A stretch of DNA of 64,000 nucleotides from Selaginella moellendorffii. Lineage: Eukaryota > Plantae > Lycopodiophyta. The notes beneath the pieces are model-generated. The model saw nothing but the letters and a program-made list of their open reading frames with translations. It was not told the origin of the DNA and ran no database searches. The DNA lies in NCBI RefSeq assembly GCF_000143415.4, contig NW_003314352.1, positions 426,278-490,277 of the forward strand, in the 5' to 3' direction. Positions 10,042 through 21,298 of the stretch are shown piece by piece. Within the stretch, counting starts at the first letter, position 1. Each line of letters begins with the position of its first letter. Made by a program: the position numbers and the translations under genes.

Positions 10042-12021
10042 TTATTCTTTCGAAGGAGGCGGTGTCACTTTTAATGCCGGACAAGGAAGAAAACGTTCGT
10101 CGCCTTGGCAGAGGTCCCGTGCTCGAATCTCGGCGGCGGCCATTTCCTTCTTTTGCTTGTTGGAGTATGTGCTGGCAAGCAGGACATATGCCGCGGAATC
10201 TTCCCCGTCCAAGCTCATGACGCGCGACGCCACACTCCCTGGGTCATCCCCGCCGTTGGATCCGCGAGATGCCGAGAGAAGGCATCTCCACTCGGGGCCA
10301 GTGGGAGCGCAGGGCATCTCCGTGATGAGGATCTCGGCATCTTCCAGATGCCCGGATCTGCTCAAGAGATCTACCATGCAGCAAAAATGCTGCCTTGAGG
10401 GAGTTAGGGCATAGTCTACAATCATGGAGGAGAATAGATTCCTCCCTAGAGAAGCTTTGCCCCCATGGCTACAAGCAACAAGCACCGACACAAAGCATGA
10501 AGGGTCGGGATATTCCTCGGTCTTCATCACACCAAACGCATCCAACGCCTGGGATGACTGCCGGTTGTGGGAGTGGGCGGCCAGGATTGCACTCCACGAC
10601 ACCACGTCCCTCTCTGGCAGCGCATCAAAGAACTTCGCTGTTTGCTTAAAATGCCCGTTCTGGGAATATGCCGAGAGCATGGAATTCCACGTCACGAGGT
10701 TCCTGTGTGGCATATCGTAGAAGAGCTGCTCGGCCACGTCAAGATGCCCGTTCTGGGAATATGCGGTCAACAGCGCGGTAGTTGACACCAGATTTTGTAC
10801 CGGCATAGATTCAAACAAGCGCTTGGATTCTTCCAAATACCCGCTAGCGGCATATGCTGCAACCATAACGATGGACGATACCATGTCCTGGTACGGCGTG
10901 CTTTCGTACAGGTATCTGGCCTGCTCTAAATCCCCACATTGCGTATGTACAGAAAGAATTGCATTGCGAGATACTGAATTCACGAGAGGAGTCTCTACAT
11001 ACAAATCTTTGGCATCCTGCAAACGCCCGTTTTGGGCATTAGCAGAGAGTATCGCGTTCCAAGACACAAGATTCCTCTGTGGCATTGAATCGAAAGCTTT
11101 CTTAGCTTCGTCAACTTTGCTCCTGTTAGCATAAGCCGAGAGCATCGAGTTCCATGAGACAAGATTCCTCTGGCGCATCGAGTCAAACACTCGCTTTGCT
11201 GCGTCTAAATCGCCACTCTGTGCGTGTGAAGCGAGCACGGCATTCTCAGAGATGATGTTCCACTCGGGCATCAAATCAAATATCGCCAATCCTTCTTCTG
11301 AATAGCCATTCTGGAAATAAGCCGAGAGCACTGTGTTCCATGAAACAAGGTCCAGCAGCGGCATTGCATCAAAGAGATGCTTAGCATCTTCCAAATGCCC
11401 ATTCTGTGAATACGCCGCTAGCATCGTGTTCCACGACACCAAGTTGTGGTCCAACATCTCCTCAAACAGATTCTTTGCCAGGTCTAGATGCCCGTTTTGC
11501 CAATATGCTGCCAGCATCGTGTTGCACGACACTAGATTCCACAACGGCATGGCACTAAAGAGCTCCAGTGCTTTCTCCAGATACCCGTTTTGGGCATATG
11601 CCGCCAGCATGGCATTCCATGTCACCAGATCCTGGACGGGCATGGAATCAAACAGCGCCCGGGCGCTGTCCACGTGGCCGTGCTGGGCGAATGCCGCCAG
11701 CATGGCAGTCCACGCAACCGTGTTCTTCTCGGGCATCTTGTCGAAAGTTTCCTTGGCCTCCTCGAGATGCCCGTTTCGGGCATATGCCGATACCAGGGTG
11801 CTCCACGACACGGAATCTTTGGAAGCAATGTGGTCGAAGCTTTGGCGGGCGAGGAGGACGCTGCCGCATCGGCCGTAGAGCTGGACCAACATGTTCCACA
11901 GCATGGTGTCGCTCGACGGGGCGATCTTCTGAAGCCGGGCATGGATTTGCTTGGCACCGGACAGAGAGCTGCAAGACTGCATCAGCTGGATGCAATCGCT
12001 CCTGTTGCTCATCCTCTTCAT
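10042..12021 (-). CDS. PLS-class PPR protein with long short-motif array and E-type C-terminus, no DYW domain
   Basis: 659-aa intronless ORF with repeated NLVSWNxMLAAYAQNGH, then FVSVLVACSHGG, HFCCMVDLLSRSGHL and AAYVLLASTY. Confidence 0.95.
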   Translation of the reverse strand: MKRMSNRSDCIQLMQSCSSLSGAKQIHARLQKIAPSSDTMLWNMLVQLYGRCGSVLLARQSFDHIASKDSVSWSTLVSAYARNGHLEEAKETFDKMPEKNTVAWTAMLAAFAQHGHVDSARALFDSMPVQDLVTWNAMLAAYAQNGYLEKALELFSAMPLWNLVSCNTMLAAYWQNGHLDLAKNLFEEMLDHNLVSWNTMLAAYSQNGHLEDAKHLFDAMPLLDLVSWNTVLSAYFQNGYSEEGLAIFDLMPEWNIISENAVLASHAQSGDLDAAKRVFDSMRQRNLVSWNSMLSAYANRSKVDEAKKAFDSMPQRNLVSWNAILSANAQNGRLQDAKDLYVETPLVNSVSRNAILSVHTQCGDLEQARYLYESTPYQDMVSSIVMVAAYAASGYLEESKRLFESMPVQNLVSTTALLTAYSQNGHLDVAEQLFYDMPHRNLVTWNSMLSAYSQNGHFKQTAKFFDALPERDVVSWSAILAAHSHNRQSSQALDAFGVMKTEEYPDPSCFVSVLVACSHGGKASLGRNLFSSMIVDYALTPSRQHFCCMVDLLSRSGHLEDAEILITEMPCAPTGPEWRCLLSASRGSNGGDDPGSVASRVMSLDGEDSAAYVLLASTYSNKQKKEMAAAEIRARDLCQGDERFLPCPALKVTPPPSKE

Positions 12022-12128
12022 CAGTCATGCTCGAAAAGGCCAGACCCTGGAGAAGTTCCAAGTTTTTAAACGAAAGAACTTAGCTGCAAACGATGACAGT
12101 CTCGACTCATATACGTAGTCACAAGTCG

Positions 12129-12984
12129 CTAGGCCTCCTTTTCTAGTTCTGGAAGATCTGGACAAGATAGATAAGTCATTCATTAGCAGCACAGCAAGAG
12201 CTTAGAGACTTACAAAGCATCCCTTCTTCATCCTCGCCATCAGCTTCGGTGTTGAAATGGTGATCCTGGTTTGTGACAAAAGGAAAAGCGTTGAGTATAG
12301 CAATGGATTCACGAACGAGAGAATTACATACCGAGGAAGAGGAAGCTCCCTTGCGGGCGAGACTGAATGTGTCTAGCCATCGGAAACACAAGAGAAAAAG
12401 TCAAGGAAATCAGCTCTATCGTCACGAATGAAGAAGAGAAGGAATAAACAAATACCGTGGCCCTTGGAGTCAGCTTCTTCGTCTTCATCAATCCACTTGT
12501 TCCAGTCCACCTTCACGTAAGGAGGCATTTTCCCCTCCGACTTGAGCAGCCGCTTCCACCACCCCTGTTCTTGCTTGTGGATGATGCAAAGAGTGTGTCT
12601 GGATCCAACATTGACTTTGCTCTCCTGAGATATCAAATCCAGTCACGAAAATCAAATCAAACTCATGAGCAAAGCCACGCACAAGAAAGACCAATCAATC
12701 GAGGCATAAACAAAAGAAGAAACGAGCAAACCTCTACACTAACGCTTCCATACAGCTCCAGGCTCGCCTCGTAGGGGGCGGAATCAGCGGCGGCGGCGCG
12801 GAACACAAATCTCCCATCCGGCTGGAGCTCGACGCTGGGATCCACGGCATCGGGCAGCTCCACGGTGAGGAAGAGCTTGTCGGAGCGCTGCGCCCATACA
12901 ATCTCGGGATGCCTGGGCCAGGAGGAGAGAGTCCATCGCTCGATCGATCACAAAACCATAGCCCTACCTCACTGCGCGACCCAT
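12129..12984 (-). CDS. HSP90 co-chaperone p23 (CS domain), spliced
   Basis: Spliced translation MGRAVRHPEIVWAQRSDKLFLTVELPD...WWKRLLK...YVKVDWNKWIDEDEE...DLPELEKEA*. Confidence 0.92.
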
Positions 12985-13100
12985 AAAGCCCTAACGTTTT
13001 GGAGGGAAACAGCATATTTTCAAACAGGCGAAAAAGTAAATTATTCGCCCTCAGGGAAAAGGGATGATACATCCGACATTTGGGTCGTCCAGGTGGATGA

Positions 13101-13146
13101 CCACGTGGAGATGTCCACGTCTGATGCCACGTGGAGCGCGCGCGCG
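13101..13146. promoter_or_regulatory. G-box/ABRE cluster in the 224-bp divergent p23/GAMYB intergenic region
   Basis: CACGTG at 13102-13107 and 13128-13133, CACGTC at 13116-13121, followed by a (GC)n run. Confidence 0.55.
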
Positions 13147-13208
13147 GGGGGTATGTACACCGGGGAAGTGGGGCTGGAAGGGGGACCTTTCTTGGACCTC
13201 CGCGCGGG

Positions 13209-15489
13209 ATGGAAGCGGTTTCATCGTCATCCTCATCAGCGGCGGCGGCAGCAGCAGTGGCGGCGGCGGCGGCGGCGCTCAAGAAGGGACCGTGGACGTC
13301 GGCAGAGGACGCGATCCTGGTGGCCTACGTGAGCAAGCACGGCGAGGGCAATTGGAACAACGTCCAGAAGCACTCGGGCCTCTCGCGCTGCGGCAAGAGC
13401 TGCCGCCTCCGCTGGGCCAATCACCTCCGCCCCAACCTCAAGAAGGGCGCCTTCACCCCCGACGAGGAGCGCCTCATCATCGAGCTCCACGCCAAGCTCG
13501 GCAACAAATGGGCTCGCATGGCCGCCCAGGTATGGATCCATCTTCCTCCTCTGGTTGATCTCCTCCAATTCTTCCATCCTGCCATCTCAATTTCCCTGGA
13601 ATTCTCCTCTTTTGTGCTTGACCCTCCATTTTCTTCTCCAATTCTCCTATCCTGCCTTGAAAATCCTCTCCAATTCTGCTTGCCTGATCGTCCCGATCGC
13701 TACCCGCATTGCGCGATCCATCTCACCGCATCCCCTGTTTCTTCCTCCAGCTTCCCGGGCGCACGGACAACGAGATCAAGAACTACTGGAACACGAGGAT
13801 CAAGCGGCGACTTCGCGCGGGGCTGCCCGTCTATCCCTCGGACGTCCACAGCATGGTGGTGGCGACCGCATCCACGCCTCCGCCGGACGCTCCCGGCTAC
13901 GCCGCCAGCAGCATCTTCGCCGATCACTCCGCGGCGGCGGGGGACAACCCCTCCGACGATCACGCCGCTGCCACCGCTAGCCCGACAGCCGCCGCGAGCA
14001 AGCTTCGCTCGCACGTCAACCTGGCGAATCTCCATGGCGGCATCGGCAATTTCCAGCAGCAGCAGCAGCAATTCGATCACCAGCAGTACATCCATCACCT
14101 GGGCGCCGCCAGCAACCACGGCGGTGGCGGCGTGGGGAGTGGCGGCAGCCCGATCATCCTCCGCCGGGCCTCCTCCAAGCGGCTCCGCGAGTCCGGGAAC
14201 CACGGCCTGGAGCTCTTCTACCACCACGGCTATGGCGGCGAGTATCCCCACAAGGGATTCGACCAAGCCTCGTCGCCGGCAAAGATGTTTATCGGCCACC
14301 ACCACCAACACCAGCAAATGCCGGCCCAGCAGCGCTGCCTGGCCGACCAGTTGTCCGGCGCCACTGGAGGCGCCTTGGATCCATCGCCCATGTACTCGAG
14401 CCTGGGATCCAACACCACCGCAAGCGGCACCGCCGCCACCACCACCGCCAGTGCCGCCGGATCAATGCTCCTCGAGGCGCTGCTCCAGGAGGCCAGGATG
14501 ATGGATGGCAGCGGCAGCAACTCCGCCTCCGCCGGCAATGATCCACTCATGTTCCTGGCGAACCATCACCACCAGGATCATCTCATCCAGGACGAGCATT
14601 GCTCGGTGGCGCAGCGCGGAATGGCGGCGGCGGCCGACAATTCGGCTGACGATCACGCGAAGCTCCTGGCGGCCAGGCAGCAGCGCGAGTTGATGATCTT
14701 CACGCCGCCGGACGAGGGCGGGATCGATGACGTGGACGATAACTGCCGCGAGGAACCGGATCCAATGGACGATCAGTTCCAGAAATGGGGGGACGAGATC
14801 CTGGCAGCCTCGCCGCCGCCGCCACAGTGCTGCGTTTACAGCGAGGAATCCATCACCGGGAATCACCTCCAGCAGCAGCAGCGGCACCACTGGGATGATC
14901 AATCGGTCTCGGTGGAGCAACCTCCAATCCGTGAGTGAATCTCATCTCATTTCTTCTCTGTGTTTTAGATTTGTTTTTACGCGAAGTTTCTATTCCTCTG
15001 TTCTTGGCAGTCGCGAAGAACGAGGACGGCTTGTCGACCATAACTGTCGGCTCCGAGGGGGCCACCGCCACCCCTGTCGCCGCCGCCGCCGCCACCGCCT
15101 CAGTCACCTATACGGACGAGGAGATCTCCACACTGCTGGATTTTGCGCGGTCTGATTCGCTCCCGCTCAACTTGGATTGGCCCGACCAGCCGCCACCGCC
15201 GCCGCCAGACGTCCCCAGCGCCGCCACGACCGCCGCCAGCGTCGCCGACTCCTCCGCGACGCTCCTCCCGTTCCTTTGCACTGCCGACTCCATGGATCCC
15301 CTGGAGCATCATCCAGCGGCGGCGCTGGGATTCTTTGGCGATCCCACGAGCCAGTTGTTTGGAGGCCCCAGCTGCTGGGATCTATCGCCGTGCTGGAGCA
15401 GCATGCCCGGCGCGACGCAGCTCCAGTGCGAGCACGATTGCAAGCCGCTGGGGGCGGTGGCGGCGGATCATCCATGTCCGATCTTCTGA
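13209..15489 (+). CDS. GAMYB: GAMYB-type R2R3 MYB transcription factor (exons 13209-13529, 13751-14930, 15011-15489)
   Basis: LKKGPWTSAED...RWANHLRPNLKKG...LPGRTDNEIKNYWNTRIKR, box 1 RAGLPVYP and the C-terminal CWSSMP box. Both introns are GT-AG with consistent phases. Confidence 0.93.
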
Positions 15490-16132
15490 CACCAAAGTTC
15501 CTCCATGCAGTCCGGCCAGCAGTCAAGCAAAAGCAAGCAGCATTCTTTTCCAAAGATGTGTTTGAATCGTTGTTAGCATTCTAGGCTCATACTTTTCAGT
15601 GATCCAAATGGATCGATCATGTTAACTCTCACTTGGTTCCTCCAAGTTTACAAAGATCCAAACAAGCACAAACTTGGAGGAAAAAAACTTGAAATTCCTC
15701 GAAGAAAAAAGATAAAGAAAAAAAACCAAAGAGAATCATTTGAGCACTGGCTGGCTGCGTTGCAGGATCTCATCCCTTTGTCACCAGTTTTAATTTCTTA
15801 CCGCAAATATGCAAATGTCTCGCTGTTGTTGGGTAGCCCGGTTGGGAAAGTTGGCATTTTGCTTGTGAGCTTCCAAAGGCTTGTCATTTTATTGCTAATA
15901 AATTTGCCAAAGCTGGGGTTATGGCTAGTAAATGTGCCAAAAGCCAAACTCTTTTGTAAGCATCTCCTTCATTTTGCACAGAGCAACTACTTACCTGGAA
16001 TAAGAGTTTTTAGGATTTTCCATTCCATCAGCGTGAGCAGCATGGCCTCGTAAAAACAATGCCAAAGCTCTGTTAAATCTGGCACTCACGCATTCGCTGC
16101 TTACTGGCCTGGATAATAAAAACTAGCTCGCA

Positions 16133-16242
16133 TTAGATCTCTCCTCGTCCCATGACAGAAAGAAAGGAAAAAAAAAGTACCTTAACTGTCTTGTAAGGAC
16201 TCGTCGTCACTGGTGGTGGTGGAATCGCAAAGCCACTCCCAG
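16133..16242 (-). pseudogene. Remnant of an aldo-keto reductase C-terminus
   Basis: Reverse strand reads TGGGAGTGGCTTTGCGATTCCACCACC...AGTCCTTACAAGACAGT...TGGGACGAGGAGAGATCTAA. This matches 7617-7688 ([20 protein letters not shown]) with indels. Confidence 0.75.
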
Positions 16243-16274
16243 ATTTGAGGATCGGCTTGTATTGCATCTATCGC

Positions 16275-16735
16275 GCAGCTTCTGGAAGTAAAAAAAGAGG
16301 AGCTCGTCATGGTGACGATCACGAATAAATCCTGGAAAACACTTACCATCCACTAAAGCTATTGATCGATTCAATTGCAGCTTCTGGAAGGAAAAAAAAA
16401 GGAGGAGCTCGTCATGGTGATGATCTCAATAAATCCTGGAAAACACTTACCATCCACTGAAGCTATTGATCGATTCAATCGCAGCTTCTGGAAGTAAAAA
16501 GAAAGAGGAGCTCGTCAGGGTGATAATCTCAAATGAATCCTGGAAAACGCTTACCATCCACTGAAGCTATTGATCGATTCAGATCGCAACTTATGGCAGT
16601 ACAAAAAGGAGCTCGTCATGGTGATGATCTCAAATAAGTCCTGGAAAACACTTACCATTCATCAAAATAATTGATAAATTCAATCGCAGCTTCTGGAAGT
16701 AAGAAGAAGACGGAGGAGCTCCCTTACCATCCATC
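16275..16735. repeat. ~103-bp tandem repeat, about 4.5 copies
   Basis: gcagcttctggaag...ggagctcgtcatggtga...cctggaaaacacttaccatcca recurs at ~16275, 16377, 16481, 16586 and 16686. Confidence 0.9.
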
Positions 16736-16951
16736 GTAGCTTTGGTTTCACCAAGGACGTATGACGAGAGTGAAACTAAACTCTCGCAAAGCATGGCATT
16801 GAAAAAATAGCATGACAGACTGAAAACACGAGAGGGAAAAAAAGGCTTGTTTTTTTTTTTTTTTTCCTTCTTTTTCTGGGCTGCCTGGATCTCACAATAT
16901 ATACACCTTTCATTGTGACGGGAGGGAGAAAAATACTTAGCACCACCTCAG

Positions 16952-18101
16952 CTAGCTAAACATACCGTAGTCAGGGAAAGCAAAGTCAAGCTGCGGGGAG
17001 CAATGGTGATGCACCACATACCACTGCTGGCCGTGGCGCTCGTAACAATTTGTAGACAAGAGAGGCTCCACAGACGCATTTACAAAAGCTTTGCTCGTCA
17101 CCCAGGCCATGTCACCACTCACACGGACTTTGACATCCTGGAGCTCGAAATCGTACCTTTGGCTCCAGTTGAACACCAAGCGCCAGTTCTCCATCACCGC
17201 ATCAAACCTGGAACCATCAAAACGCACGAGTGAAAACCCAAGGTGAAAAGCAAAACAAGAAAAACACTAGCGAAAACGAGAAACCAAACGAAAGAAAAAC
17301 TGGTTTTTTTTTTTTTTTTTTCCTTTGGCCTTTCTGTTTTTTTTCTCGAGAAACGCTGGGATACTGTACCCTGATATAAGCTCACCACCAGGATGGATAC
17401 ACTTCACGTAATCCGCGTGGAGCCAAATTTGCCCCATCCCTCGCAGGGACTTTGCCTTGAACTTGTTGTAGAAAGCCCGGTTGGCTTCCGCGACGGCCTT
17501 GGTTACGGCGTAGTAGGCCTTCCAGCCGTGCGGAGGGACGATGTTTTGCTGCTCGGGATTCCAATCCTGCCAAGGCCACACCAGAGAAACGCTATCAAAA
17601 CTCTCGAGAGCAAAGCTTACAAGAGAAAACCTTGTGATAGAGGGACTTCCAGGCGCTCTCGTCGTTGGCGGCCTTCCTCATGGCCACATTGGTCATGGAC
17701 ATGCAGCACAAGCTCTTGAAATCCAGGTAGCTCAGGACGTGGTGAGTGATCTCGGGCACAAGCTGCTCCATCATGGACAACTCGGCCTTGGCGGTGATGT
17801 TCGCCGCCACCTTGGTGGCGGCGTCGCTGGGCTTGAGCGGCAATACGAATTTGGCGGAGCAGGGCATTTTCTTGGCGGAGGAGGAGGAGCAGCAAATCAG
17901 CGAGTGCCATCTGATCGCCAGGGCGCCGCATGCGCAGCCAAGGAGCAAGAGCAAGAGGCTGAGAGCGTGCCAAACCGCCTCCTCCATTTGTGAGTGGGAG
18001 GAGGAAGAAGAAGTAGGGCTGCTGCTGGACGAAGCGCGGATGACAAGGAGGAGGAAGAAGAAGGCTCTACCTCGGGCACGGAGAGACCGCAGTGGCGCCA
18101 T
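16952..18101 (-). CDS. SKIP8: F-box protein with SnoaL/NTF2-like domain (SKIP8-like), 3 exons; alternative start at 17987
   Basis: F-box MMEQLVPEITHHVLSYLD...AWKSLYHK, then GWKAYYAVTKA...ANRAFY...YVKCIHP...WYVVHHHCS. Confidence 0.87.
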
Positions 18102-18249
18102 TTCCCTTTTTGGCTCCCTCTTTGTCCTTGCTTACCCGTGGAGAAAGATTGAGCTGGTGCCGCTAGAGGAGAATCGGGAGCGGCAAGCCATCTTCTCTTT
18201 AGGGTTTGATGATCCAGGATTCGAACCGATACACTCCTTTCTATTCTAG

Positions 18250-20000
18250 AAAAGATAGGTGCATTTTATACTGAAATTAAATAGTTTCTGCAATTTAATT
18301 TATTTTAAAAAACTTTATGTGATCTTCAATATCAAACACAAACTAATTTTAATTTATACCTTTAAATAACAAAATTAAAGTTTATTTAAATTTAAAGTTA
18401 ATTTTAAATTTTTATTTTATGTATTAAGATATAAGGTGAAAACTACAACTGATACAATGTTATCTATTGTGTTTTTTTCGAAAATAAAATTTACTACAAC
18501 TATAGATATTTAAAATAACATTTAAAGTCCACTTTATGCAAATCAAAATTTAGAAAAAGTATTACTTTTTGTAACTAAAAATTAGTCATTAGTGTGGTAA
18601 GCACTAACTTTTTCCAACTAATTTTAAATATTTAGTTATTAATATTAATTTATGTGTACTTATTTGACTCCTGAACCAATTTCATTAGTTGATGGATTTG
18701 CAAGCAAAACAATTGGTGAGGATTGAAAAACTTCATAAAGTAAACATTCCCAAGAATTTATGTATTTTTATATATTTACTTTTTCCAAATATTTTTAACT
18801 ATGAAGTATTGTATTTTAGAGCATTAAACTTGTGAATATAAAGGTATATATTTTCTAGTTTATATTTTATATTCAACTATTTATACTTATCTTACTAGAT
18901 ATTGTAGAGAAAATTAATATTTCTATCAAGTTAAATTCATTAGTTTAATATCAAATTTATAGTATTCTTAATTTGATAATGTTGTAAAAATAGAATGTCA
19001 AAAAATGAAATTAGTCTTAACAAAAAGTTAGTAGTACTTAAGAAGTTTTTGAAATATTCAAATTCTCTTAAAAATTTATATTACAAAAGTCTAAATAAAA
19101 ATCAATGGATACTTCTTTACAATAAAACTCAAGTATAGATTTATAAAGTATGTTATTTATTTATTTTACTAAAATTATTAAGTATTTAGTTTTAGTATTC
19201 AGATTTGTGCCAATTTATCTCCTCATTACTAAATATAAAACAACAAAAAAAAATACTCTTCTATTCAATCTTAATAATTAAAATTTGCATATAGTTGAGA
19301 TTGTTTAAGTTCAAATACTACTATTTGAAACTAATAAAGTCATTTGAACTTTTACTACTCAATAATAAACATAGTGAACTAATTTAGTATTAAATAATTT
19401 ATATATGTTGTCACCCTGAATCTTACTTAGGTAAAAAATATATGTACCTTCCAAAAAATGTTACAACCATTGTTAAAACTTTCTTCAAATTATAAGTTAA
19501 TTTGCAACACTAAATGAGCCAAAATTGTTTGCTAGTAAGATCATCCTCAATTAAGATATAACCCAGATCAACCTTTTTACATATCTCTTCTTAATTGTTT
19601 CTACCTATGAAATTTTTTACTGTTAGCACCATATCACTAATTTTCATTACTTTTCCTCTGTTTCATTCTTTTTCCTATTAAATATTTATTCTTGTACCTT
19701 TCTACCTCAGAATAACCAAACCCCAACAGCCATCCAAATTAAACATTTGCATAATTGATGAAGTTGTACTCTAGAAATTTGACACAAAAATATAATACTT
19801 TATGAGTTAAGATCTTATAAACATCTTAGTTGTCAAACCCTCAAAGTAAATAGATTTGTAAAGTACAAAAAAACTGTGTGGTGCAAGTTTGCTCCAACAA
19901 GCTAAAACCTATCAAAGATAAAATAGAATAAGAGATATTTATATAAAAATTTAAATTAAATGAGACTGAAATATGAGATTGACTAAAAAGGCACCAAAAG
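18250..20000. other. Very AT-rich non-coding tract, probably decayed repeat DNA
   Basis: Abrupt composition shift after the gene-dense region; no long ORFs or recognisable motifs. Confidence 0.5.
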
Positions 20001-20089
20001 CACCTCCCATTAAACACCATCCTATTTTAATCTCTTTTCACCTAGTTGGCAATGATGTGGATGATTACATAGCATTTCTCTCTTTCCAC

Positions 20090-20500
20090 TCTTATCTACA
20101 TCTGTTTGTCCAACGACTATGGTCTTTCTCAGCTTTTGACCGGCACTTCTTTGACGTCTTGGAGTTTAGAAACATTTTTTTACCATTATTTGTTCTTTTG
20201 GAAGAGAAAAAGAATTTGAACAGTGAGACAATGGCATGGCTTGGCTATCTCCACCACATTTAATTCCTCTCCGTGATGACAAAACTGAGCAAGGATCATC
20301 GCCTATCCACCTGTGAAGTTCTGGTAAGAGCGTGCTTGAAAACTTGCAAGGCATCCGTTGTAAAAATAAGACTAAGGATAATCCAAGAGGAGAAGACTAT
20401 GTAGCAATAGTTACTAGCTCCATGTTGTGCAAAGATGAAGAGCATGCCCATATTCCATAATGCCAGAGCTAATAGTATCACTGAGCTCCACAAATTCATA
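20090..20500 (-). pseudogene. LRR receptor-like N-terminal fragment (second copy ~46030-46440)
   Basis: Hydrophobic leader followed by TDALQVFKHTLGNPPELHRWIGDDPC...GIKC (clearest in copy 2), resembling the plant LRR N-cap; the frame is disrupted. Confidence 0.5.
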
Positions 20501-20785
20501 GAAACCTCCATATGATCATTGTTGCTGCCCCTTGAGAGCAAAAAAAAGAGCGCTTCCAATCTAGCTGGTGCTGCTGCTACTGCTTGGGTTCACCAGCATT
20601 TCCATTCCAGAGAAGAACCTAAAACCCCTTAGAGAAGAGGGTATCCCAACATCCACCAATCTAGAAAGCAAAAGGAGAGATACTTACACACTGGTTAGCA
20701 TTGGACGCAAAGGAAAAGACTAGGAAAAGACCAAGAAAAGACCCTCCTATAAAAGAGGCTTTGGTCCAAGTTAAAGTGATTGGAA

Positions 20786-20824
<39 letters not shown>

Positions 20825-20859
20825 GCTATGTAATCATGCCACATTATAATTTGATTATT

Positions 20860-21240
20860 AAAACATTTACAAAATTGTGTATCGATGAATTGCTCGGAGC
20901 CCCGACATTGGAGAAGTAAGCCACCCGTTGGCTTTCCTTCCAGATCTCGGGAGTCCCTCGCTGGGCATAAGTGGAGCCACGGCGAGGCAGCCATGAACAA
21001 CAACACCAAGTTTGGCAGGTGGGAAGAGATTTGAGCATGTTCTCCCATCTTCGAGAAACGATGGCGATGCGACATCACGGTGTCGGGGTGGTCGGTGAAG
21101 AAATGCTGGTAGAGTGCTATGCACGTGGGAAGATCACGGCCGTCCAGAAGGCCATCCTTGGAATCCAGCGAGTCGGAGACGGCATACATATCGACCACCA
21201 CACTGTCCTGCCACGCTGGAGGCCGATCGGCCAAAAGCTC
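20860..21240 (-). pseudogene. Degenerate PPR-like fragment (second copy ~47190-47480)
   Basis: SVVVDMYAVSDSLD...FSKMG..PN resembles a decayed PLS motif. Confidence 0.4.
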
Positions 21241-21298
21241 TAAACTTCCAGACTACAAAATAATCTCTGTTCAGGTGTTTGCTTGTTCTCACTCTCTC

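Noticed and set aside
13131-14501. 456-aa ORF as the MYB protein
   Set aside because: It reads through intron 1 into the wrong frame; the spliced model restores the R3 repeat.
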